NCBI GenBank assembly: GCA_008690995.1 | Contig: VRMN01000001.1 | Coordinates: 1,612,001-1,676,000, forward strand | Direction: 5' to 3' | Source of the DNA: Porphyridium purpureum | Taxonomy: Eukaryota | DNA length: 64,000 bases | Shown here: positions 10,429 through 19,003 of the stretch, piece by piece | How positions within the stretch are numbered: the stretch's first letter is position 1 | How the letters are laid out: each line of letters begins with the position of its first letter | Translations under genes and position numbers: made by a program | The notes under the pieces: generated by a model | Database searches by the model: none | Seen by the model: only the letters and a program-made list of their open reading frames with translations | Told to the model about the DNA's origin: nothing

Positions 10429-11181
10429 ATGGATCAGCGCTCGCTTGGAAGGGCCGGGGAACCGTCATCTCTGTGCTCCCGACTGGACACATACGACGGA
10501 GACCGCGATGCGCTCAAGATTCGCACATGGTTGTTTTCTGCACGAGAAACAATATTTGTGCCAATGCGGGAGAACGTGGGCACCGGCGTGGCCGGCGCAG
10601 AGCTTCCGGCACGCGCAGTACGGACCGCCGCGACGTATCTGCGGGGTTCTGCCCTTATTTGGTATATGACACAGCAGCGTTTTACTTCCTGGGACACCTT
10701 TGCCACCGCACTGGAGGTAGCCTTCATGCCCCCTCATGCGTCCAGGGCCGCGCGAGACGAGCTCGCGAACTTGTCGCAGTCTGGCTCCATCGTAGAGTAC
10801 ACAAATGCGTTCAGCAGGATTACCATGATGATCCCTGGAATCACCCAGGACGAGAAGATGGATCGTTTTGTGCGTGGACTTCGTTCTCAAATTCGGGTTG
10901 AAGTCTTAAAAGCCAGTGTCAGTACAGTTGATCAGGCAATGCAAGTAGCGTGTGCGGCTGAATCAGCCTACGGGGCGGGGGCATTGCATCACCCAGTGCG
11001 CGCGCCGAGATACGATGAGGGAGGCGCGGCCCCGATGGAGCTCGGTGCCTTTAACGGGGGAAAACGTCAGCCGGGACGTGGGCCTGCGTGCTGGAATTGC
11101 GGAAAGCGCGGTCACTTGAAGGCAGACTGTCGTGCAGCAAAGAGGGAGGCGGGAAAAGGCCTGCTCCCGTCCGCGCAGTAG
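10429..11181 (+). CDS. gag: Gag (Ty3/Gypsy-type) with CCHC knuckle
   Basis: Aligns by eye with Gypsy Gag 3528-4334: DG.RD...TWLF.AR, ARD.L..LSQ.G, MDRFVRGL, PMELG, CWNCG..GH....C. Confidence 0.88.
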   Translation: MDQRSLGRAGEPSSLCSRLDTYDGDRDALKIRTWLFSARETIFVPMRENVGTGVAGAELPARAVRTAATYLRGSALIWYMTQQRFTSWDTFATALEVAFMPPHASRAARDELANLSQSGSIVEYTNAFSRITMMIPGITQDEKMDRFVRGLRSQIRVEVLKASVSTVDQAMQVACAAESAYGAGALHHPVRAPRYDEGGAAPMELGAFNGGKRQPGRGPACWNCGKRGHLKADCRAAKREAGKGLLPSAQ

Positions 11182-11942
11182 AGCCGACGGGAGATAAGGA
11201 AGTGCTCAGGCTTGATGTCATGGGGTATGGTCGCGAGCGTCCGGCGACAATAAACAAGAAGGGCAACTTCGGTCGCGAGCACCCGGCGACGAAAAATAAG
11301 AAGGGTTGGCACAGGCGCGAGTGCCCCGAGAAAATGAGAAGGGGATGTCAGGATAGCATCGATTTGTTTGCCCCCACGCGAACAACAAAGATATTGTTGG
11401 ATGGTTGTGTATCGGCATGTGCGCTGATAGACAGCGGCGCCAGTGCATGCTTCATTCGCGCTGACTTGGCGAAGATGCTGCGAGCACGACGAAGTCGAGC
11501 GCCGGACGTTGAGGTCAGCCTCGCGGACAATACACCCATCGAGGTGTCCGGTTTGATTTGCCCCACCGTCCATATGCACAGAAGCCATGAGTGGTGTTTC
11601 CCATCTACAGAGCTTCCGATTCCATTCCTTATAGTCGAGAATCTGAAGCATGAGGCGATTTTCGGCATGCCCTGGATTCAGAAATTCCTGCCAGGATGGG
11701 GCCGACGGTCAGATCTAAGCGCATTGCCTGTCATTGCCACCGATTGGCAGCATATGCTCACTCATCAGCCAAAATCAGACTCCTGCCGCGCATGTATCGT
11801 CGGCAAGATGAGAAGACGCCCGTCGCGGCGGACAGGAGGCCAAGCGACCGAGGCATCTGAACTATGTGTGGATCTGATAGACTGTGGAAGGGACGAGGAG
11901 GCATGGGGGCGTGGCGGGGAGCGGTACGCACTGGTGTGCGTT
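11151..11942 (+). CDS. pol: Pol N-terminal part (protease, integrase HHCC and first catalytic Asp), -1 frame; interrupted by the solo LTR
   Basis: ALIDSGASACF...AIFGMPWI protease; HMLTH...CRAC; LCVDL; ERYALVCV up to the insertion. Confidence 0.8.
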
Positions 11943-12988
11943 TGTCACGAACCGTGCTGGCCCAGGACACAGCGGCACACCCAACAGCAAGCCAAGCGGC
12001 ACACGCACGCACACAAGCTGGACAATCCACGCAACCAAGAGGAAACACAAGACACCCGTAGTCAACTGGACCTGCGGCAGGCAGGAAACCCGGAACCAAC
12101 GACGCTCACGCACGCTGCTCACACGCAAACAGCCAAGAGCACCCACACACGGGACCGACAGAACCAACCAAGAGCAGGCACACGGGAAAGACACAGCCAA
12201 CCAAGAGCACACGCACGGAGCAGGCACAGCCAACCAAAAGCACACACACGGAAGACGCGCGTAACGGGGGAACCAGGCGTCCGCTGCCCAACCGGGATCC
12301 CGTTCGGCCACACTTTACGGTGATCCGGGACCCGGGGAGGCGTTGTGGGCAGCCGGGGTTAGCCGGAGGAGGTTACCTCACCTTTCGGCTTCAAACGGCC
12401 TATCACTCCTTTATCCGCCCCCGCCCACGTACCACCCCCGGATCCGCTTCCGAACAAGGACCGTCTAACGACGCCTTACCCCAGGGCATCCGCGAACCTT
12501 CCCCGTTAAACCCCCCGCTCGCTCACTCGCGCTGTACTCCCGCCGTACCCCCGCTGTACTCCCGCTGTACTCCCGCTGTACCCCCGCTCCTCAACAGGTA
12601 CCCAAGGCCCGAACACGCTTCCTTGAATACACCTGTTTTTACTTAGATCCACCTTCCTCCTTCTGTCTCCCGACCCCCCTCTCCCCCCCTTGGTTGCCGA
12701 CCCGCGCGTCTTTTTATACCCATCGCGACCACTGTACCCCCGAGGTACAGTGCCTTGCTGTCGCTGAGTCTAGAATCTCCCAGAAGGTTCCAGCCACCTC
12801 CTGGCTGTACACCCATTCCATACTGGGTGGTCATCGCGCGTCTGGTCCCTAAGGGAAGGGGCCTTCAGGCCTACCACGCGCCCCCTTGTACACCTACAGT
12901 ACAGTGGGTCCGGCGCGACCAGGTATCCGGCCACGGACTATGGCTATTTTTTAATCATTTCCTTAACACACGGGCTACTCCCGTGACA
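11943..12988 (-). mobile_element. Solo LTR (1046 bp) of an unrelated family
   Basis: Perfect 7-bp inverted ends TGTCACG...CGTGACA. 4-bp TSD CGTT (11939-11942 and 12989-12992). Removing it restores the in-frame sequence LVCV-DRRDGWLSVQPM. Minus-strand TATAAAAAG near 12712-12718 suggests the orientation. Confidence 0.85.
12530..12588. repeat. 11-bp tandem repeat (CCGCTGTACTC)n, about 5 copies, inside the solo LTR
   Basis: Read directly from the sequence. Confidence 0.85.
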
Positions 12989-12992
12989 CGTT

Positions 12993-15776
12993 GATCGTCG
13001 CGACGGATGGCTCAGCGTTCAGCCAATGCGTGAAAAGACAGCACGAGCTGCCGCAGACGCCTTGATTAGCGTGATGGCCGGCACTCAGTGGCCGCGAGCG
13101 ATCAAGACGGATGAAGGCTCCGAATTCCGCGGAGCCTTTGAGGCGCTGGTAAAAGCACAAGGTGCAGAAGCTGTGTACGCGGTGCCGGGAAGTCCAAACA
13201 CTCACGCACTGAGTGAGTCCCGGAATCGAGATCTGCTTGAACCAGTCCGTGCTGCACTTGTTCAATCGGGCCTGCCGGCACACTTCTGGCCTGACGCTGT
13301 TTCTCATCATGCGTTTACGTACAACAGGTTCGGCGCACAACACGGTCGAAAGAGCTCTTTTGAACGCAGATACACAAAAGAGTACAAGCGTACAAAGTTG
13401 GCTCCGTTCGGCTGTGCAGTGCTCTATTTTGACGAAGAAGCAAGAAAATATGATTCAAGAGCAAAGTTGGGTGTGCTTTTACGATATCACGGGGAGGTAG
13501 GTTATGTCGTGGCTGACGTAGAAGATCTTTCGCGTGGGGTCATTCGCGAAATTATCACGCGCGACTGTGAATTCAAGAAAATGGAATTTCCGGCCTGCAA
13601 ACTTGGCATGCGGCCGCTAGGCGAGCGGCTGTGGCTGGACGAAGAAGGTCCCCAATCGCTCGGACTACCGACAGAAAAGTGTGGACGCTGCGAGAAAGTC
13701 CGAGTGAGTCAAGTTGGCTGCGCAAGATGCCTGGGCAGACGTGCCCGTCGACACCGGCGGGATGAGACTTGTATGATGGGGGCGTGTCGCTGTACACCAG
13801 AACAACTGCTTGGCCACGGACGGAGATTGGCACGGCGGGCCGAAGCCGAACAGGAACGCTCAGCATCCATCAGGGACAGGGAAGATAGGCGCCAGAGTCG
13901 CGAACAGGCAGCCCAGTCCAGACGAGCGCGAAAGGAAGAAAAGAAAGCGCGGCGACAAGCAAGAGTTGCCGCGCGATCGGCACAGCTCGAGCCACGGGCG
14001 CAGCCAATGCAGCCGGGAGCTGCCACTCGCTCCGGCAGGATCACTCGCGTGCCTGTGCGCTATGCGCACGAGTTGAATGTAACCACCGTAGTCCCGCGCA
14101 GTGATGCTTTGAGACAGGTCCGATTCAAGTTGGCCCGTGAGGAGGAGATGAGCCGTATGCGGCGGTTCAATGTTTGGGAAAGCGCACCAGTATCTTTGGT
14201 TGATGCTCGAAAACTTTCAAACATGAGTTTGGTTCGCTGCCACTTTATCTACACTGTTAAGCACAAAGAGTTGGGGATAGACGCTGAGGTGCCGAAAGCT
14301 CGTTTTGTTGCGGCCGGAAATAACATTCGTGACGCGATGGGCGTGTGTGTTGGGCAAGAAGTTCCGTACGCGACCCCCTCCAGCCTGGCGGCCATGCGGA
14401 TGGCCCTGGCATGGGCTGCGGCGAGAGACTTTGCGGTGACAAAGATGGACATGACATCCGCGTACCTGCAAGTGGAGTTGCAAGGTGATCCAGTATTTAT
14501 TCAACTGCCACAGGAGGCTGCGAATAATACTTCGGAGGTGTATCGACTCAAAAAGGCAATTTACGGCCTTCCGAGGTCAGGGACCGATTTTATGCGTGAG
14601 GCAGCGAAAAGACTTTGCGTGCGCGGTTGGCGAGAAACAGCGCCGTCGGTCTTCTGGCGGAACGAGTGCATGTTGGTTGCATACGTGGATGATTACCTTA
14701 TTGTAGGTCCCACCGCGGCGATTGAGAGAGTAGAAACCGAAATGCGTGAGACGTTCATTTTCGATAATGCGCCAGAGCGGCTGACTCAACAGCATGCGAT
14801 ATCTTTTCTCGGGATGAAGTTGGGGCGTGGACGGTCGCACATATACATTGACCATACAGCGTACGCGGAGCACATCACATGCTCACATGTGAAATCAGTA
14901 TTCGAAAAGGGGCAGGGTTCCATCCGCCTGCCAAGGTCTCCGGACACGAAACTTGAACCGTCTGAGCTAGAGAGTCCTTTGATTTTGGGGCACGAGCGGG
15001 CGCAAATAGGTGCGCTGCTATGGATTACGCGGACGGTAAGGCCTGATCTGGCTCGTGCAGTTGCACGCGTGGCGCGCTGTGTCGATAGCTGGTCCGTAGG
15101 GGCGCAAAAGCTTCTCGACAGAATCTTGGGATATTTGAAAGCTCACCCGAAGAGCATTATTTGTTATCCAGTGATAAGACAAGACGCAGAAAGTCTTAGA
15201 GCGAGCAAGATCGTAGTTTTTGCAGATTCTGACTTCGCGGGCGATGAGGGCGCCGGAGCCAAGAGCACAACAGGAGTGGCAGCTTTTTTTGAGGTGCAAG
15301 GACAACGCTACGTCCTGGATTGGACCTCGCGAGTGCAGAAGGCCGTTGCGACGTCATCAGCGGAGGCAGAGATTGTCGCTCTCTCCACCGCATGCAAAGG
15401 TGCGTTCACGCTTGAAGCCCTCTGCGGGTTTCCGGGAAAAACAGCGAGCATTCACATCTTCAGCGACAGTCAGGCCGCTTTGCGCGCCGTGAGGAAAGGA
15501 TATTCGGCGAAGCTCGCGCACATACGCAGAACACAACGAGTTTCCATTGCGTGGCTTAACAGCCTAACGGAGAAGCGACTCATGCGCTTCGACTGGGTGA
15601 GCGGCAGACAGAACCCAGCGGACTTGTTCACAAAGGCCTTTGGCCCGTACGAGTTCGCCAGAAGGCTGACTTTATTGGGGCTTGAAGGCCAAAGGATCAC
15701 GCGGGACCCCTGGCTCGATAAAGCCAGCTCTGATGGGGGCGCGGTAAAGAGTGCGGTTACAAAATCGAAAACGTAA
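12993..15776 (+). CDS. pol: Pol C-terminal part: integrase core, Copia-type RT and RNase H (ORF track starts at ATG 13026)
   Basis: IKTDEGSEF, SESRN, PFGCAV..., KARFVAAG, IYGLPRSG, AYVDDYL, FADSDFAGD, KSTTG, SSAEAE, DSQAAL, NPADLFTKA. Confidence 0.9.
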   Translation, partial: DRRDGWLSVQPMREKTARAAADALISVMAGTQWPRAIKTDEGSEFRGAFEALVKAQGAEAVYAVPGSPNTHALSESRNRDLLEPVRAALVQSGLPAHFWPDAVSHHAFTYNRFGAQHGRKSSFERRYTKEYKRTKLAPFGCAVLYFDEEARKYDSRAKLGVLLRYHGEVGYVVADVEDLSRGVIREIITRDCEFKKMEFPACKLGMRPLGERLWLDEEGPQSLGLPTEKCGRCEKVRVSQVGCARCLGRRARRHRRDETCMMGACRCTPEQLLGHGRRLARRAEAEQERSASIRDREDRRQSREQAAQSRRARKEEKKARRQARVAARSAQLEPRAQPMQPGAATRSGRITRVPVRYAHELNVTTVVPRSDALRQVRFKLAREEEMSRMRRFNVWESAPVSLVDARKLSNMSLVRCHFIYTVKHKELGIDAEVPKARFVAAGNNIRDAMGVCVGQEVPYATPSSLAAMRMALAWAAARDFAVTKMDMTSAYLQVELQGDPVFIQLPQEAANNTSEVYRLKKAIYGLPRSGTDFMREAAKRLCVRGWRETAPSVFWRNECMLVAYVDDYLIVGPTAAIERVETEMRETFIFDNAPERLTQQHAISFLGMKLGRGRSHIYIDHTAYAEHITCSHVKSVFEKGQGSIRLPRSPDTKLEPSELESPLILGHERAQIGALLWITRTVRPDLARAVARVARCVDSWSVGAQKLLDRILGYLKAHPKSIICYPVIRQDAESLRASKIVVFADSDFAGDEGAGAKSTTGVAAFFEVQGQRYVLDWTSRVQKAVATSSAEAEIVALSTACKGAFTLEALCGFPGKTASIHIFSDSQAALRAVRKGYSAKLAHIRRTQRVSIAWLNSLTEKRLMRFDWVSGRQNPADLFTKAFGPYEFARRLTLLGLEGQRITRDPWLDKASSDGGAVKSAVTKSKT

Positions 15777-16034
15777 CGGAAGGAGGGACTGTTGACGGTC
15801 TCAGAGCAGCTTTATACGCTCTTGATTGTGAAGCCAAACGGTCACTACCCCTTGGGTCAGGACCGTCTGTGCACGACCATTCCAAGTTGAGGGATATATA
15901 ACTAGCACGTAGCACAGCCTCCTATCTAGTCCGACAATAAAGAGAGAAGGGCAAGAGACAAGCCCAGTTAAAAGCATTCACAAAACCCCTGCACTAAGGA
16001 GCAGGGTATTGGAGTGGCGACGCTCTCTTCACAG
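15742..16034 (+). repeat. Right terminal direct repeat (canonical core 15790-16033)
   Basis: Copy of 10090-10382, followed by TSD TTCTA. Confidence 0.88.
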
Positions 16035-16641
16035 TTCTAGTAAATTGAGCTGCTTTAGTATTAAATGACACGTATGCTGGAGCGGAGGACGGGCTCTGGT
16101 CGAGCTCCATTGTCAGCATCAGCAGCCAGTCTCACCCGCGCTCCGATTCAAGCTCACCAATGTACACAAAGACACGTGTAGATTGCTGACTTGATGACGA
16201 GGATCACTGTCTGGACGTTGACAACGCGCACGTATGACAGAGCTTTGCGTCGGGTACGGAACTGCGCAAAGACCCGCACAGCAAGAGAACGTCATCAGAG
16301 CCTGCAATCGTGGACTGCCAGCCGCGACTAATTTGCGATACTTTGCTTCAGGATTGTGATTCTGTAGAGCCCCGTGCTGGAATAAGCGCCGGGTCGTCGG
16401 CTTTACAACGAAACCACGTTGTGGCGAGGTCGCCTAGGTTCAAAGCTTGCTGAAACGATCCCTTCGACGTGGTCGACATGGCGTAGAATCCAGGATGATG
16501 CGTCATATCTTTCCCAGTGCGCAAGAGCAACCACTATAAAAGACGTGTGTCTCTGCTGTTGCAAGGAGTGAAGCGCAGTAGAGATACCAAGAGCAGGACG
16601 AGAATATCATGCATCGAATGGAGCCAAGAAGAGAATCGACC

Positions 16642-16821
16642 ATGTCGAGCCCGCGTGCCCCAACTAACAGCAGTGCCGCGCGATACGAAATCAAATTTCA
16701 CGTGCTGGAGCGCATGCCTGAAGAGCTACAATACTCACCGATACCAAAGTTCCGTCCAACTCTGGCCGTGATCCCGGAAGACGAGAGTGAAGCCGAAGGA
16801 GCCGATGGAGACGATGAATAA
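16642..16821 (+). CDS. Candidate 59-aa microprotein with an LxxIxE motif and acidic tail
   Basis: TATAAAA at 16535-16541, purine-rich leader, ACCATG context, AATAAA about 40 nt after the stop. Confidence 0.4.
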   Translation: MSSPRAPTNSSAARYEIKFHVLERMPEELQYSPIPKFRPTLAVIPEDESEAEGADGDDE

Positions 16822-19003
16822 CTGTATCTTTTTTCCTGTCCATGTGCTTACCTTGAGAATAAATGCGTGTCGATAAACTCAAATGCAAAGGCCCATGACG
16901 GGCAAATTTCTCACGAGCTTGGCCAGGTGCTCAGCCTGAAATGCACGCTCTGTTTGCGACCCCGCGCGAGATAAAATAAGAAAGCAAATGCAAATCAATG
17001 TTTTCAAAATGCACGAGCGTCGAGGCTCAGTCCCCTTCACCCGCATTCATACAGGCCGATGCGATCGAGTCGGGAAAATACATGAAGAAAAAGACTTTGC
17101 TCAACTCGAGGACACTGCTGGTGCCGCTCCGACACATCTGCCGACCAAACTTGGCTCTCTGAAGCAGAAGAAGAAGAAGATACGTGCTCGCTAAGGACGA
17201 GCTTTGGCTGCAGCTGGATATATGATGAAACACTTGCGTGGTTGCTCGGACAGATGTCAGAGTTAGCAATGCATTGTATGATGTCGCTCGCATTACAACG
17301 CTCGAAATGCGCAGGTCACACTATGGCGCCATGAGCTTCCAAGCCTGCACGAAGCTCGATCCTTTCCACTGATCCTGCGCGGATGACAGCTGAGCTTTCT
17401 TGTCGTATCTGTGATGCCTTAAATTTGATATCATCGCATATCCTTCCACACGCCGTCAGCCAGTCTCGCAGGGAGATCTTCAATGCAGCAGAAGTGAATG
17501 GACCGGTTGACTCGGCAGTGCGGTGTGGCGTTCGACGGAGCAGCGAGATCGTCGTGCATACTGGGATGGATGGCCCTTCGAACGCCCTAAGCAGGTAGAA
17601 AATGCGCTGGACGGTGAGGCGTGTAAATTTCGGCAGACAGTAGAGCACACCAGAGGATGCACGAAGAGCGCAGTGACGGAAGCATTCGCTTGTTAAAATG
17701 CAGAACGGCAAGCAAAGCCAGAATAAATTAGACGAAACCAGCAAAAACGGGCCAGAGAAAAGCCGCGCGAAATGAAAGCAAATGTCACGACCTCGAGCGA
17801 ATGCACAAGGGCACAGCGTGTGGGAAAGAAACGAGACTGCACCCAACTTTTCCAGCGAGTCTTGAAACGATGGAGCAAGGCTCGCGCGGCACAGGTGAAC
17901 AGCTGCGCTCCATAATCGAGGCGTGACGATGATAATATGTACCATGCGTGCATGAACATTTCGGTAATCTTATCGTGTAGCCGTTCTGTGTAAGACAGAC
18001 ATCACGGAGCACCAATACCAATGCCAGCCACAACCCCGATGGGCTGCTGTCGGGCCTGCACAGGCGACACGACGCTCCTGACTTGGAGTCGGCGGTGTGA
18101 ACGGCATTTTCCTCTTCAGCTGCCGTCGCCACCCTTCGCTCCGTCTTGCAGGATGCGCATCGACCGAACATTTGACGCAAAGACACGCCTTGCTTCCCGC
18201 GCAAGTGAGTCACTCGAAACGGCAACAGGACTCGAGTTACTCAAGCTGCGAAAGCCCCTTCATCGTCTCGTCCAAGCGTATGATTCATTCATGGCCAGCA
18301 CGCGGATAGGACCCGGAGTGAACAGTCATGGCGGGTCGCCACAAGCGGAAACACGCTGCGGCTCCTTGGCACTTGAGCCGTTTCCTCCCTCCGAGCAAAC
18401 CATCTATTAAAACACCCCCGTTTTATCGGAAACATCGGAAACCGCGCTCGATTTGGAAATGTTGCGCGTGTTTCATGGAGGCGATGGAGACGACGCGGCG
18501 CACGGATACGCGGCGTTGCGCGGCAACGCACAGGAAGGAGTGGTTTCAGGTCATCATGGAATTCAAAATGTGGCTGCACGCGCCCTCCGAAAAATTCGCG
18601 CGAGTTTTGCATCTGTCCTGAAATGTGTCTACATGATCCGATCGATGCGCCAAATTCGTGCGTGCTCGCGTGCGCACGTGGCCAGTCCAGGCGTCTCAGA
18701 GCAAGAGGAAACGGTCTCCGCGTAGGTTGCCGACGGAAAACAGCAGTGCCTGTGTCTGAAAATATGTTGCTGTGGTTGTGAAAATCTCTCTGTGGTGTCA
18801 CCTTTGTGATGAGAGGGACAGGTCCGCGTCAGGGCGCACACGCACGGGCGAACATCCGCAAGCATATAAAAGAGCGATTGGGTCTGAGCCCACGGAAGTT
18901 TGTGTCGTTCCTGGAAGAGGACTGTAACTCTAAGAAGCGGAAAAGGCAGAAAGACTCGATAACAGGGAAAACGAGACAAGGCAAACCTGCGTTTGTTGTG
19001 GCC

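Larger units (their letters stand above)
10090..16034 (+). mobile_element. Complete young LTR retrotransposon: Gypsy-like gag/protease + Copia-type IN-RT-RNaseH, with a solo LTR in the integrase
   Basis: 293-bp direct repeats (10090-10382 and 15742-16034) that read as identical. TSD TTCTA at 10085-10089 and 16035-16039. PBS at 10383; purine tract GGAAGGAGGGA at 15778-15788. Confidence 0.92.

Noticed and set aside
11943..12323. Q/H/T-rich tail of the 411-aa ORF 11088-12323
   Set aside because: It is read-through into the solo LTR and not part of Pol.
12530..12588. Short tandem arrays here, at 21847-21882 and at 38105-38618 as CRISPR-like or telomeric repeats
   Set aside because: There are no unique spacers or cas genes, the context is eukaryotic, and the arrays are too short and internal to support a telomere call.
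16900..18800. Several 60-210 aa ORFs on both strands
   Set aside because: No recognisable motifs and no consistent frame.
18806..19003. N-terminal extensions in the ORF track (also for GH63, VPS23, GPN1, MBF1 and uL14)
   Set aside because: They begin at non-ATG codons, and here the extension spans the TATA box. Downstream ATGs fit the family N-termini better.
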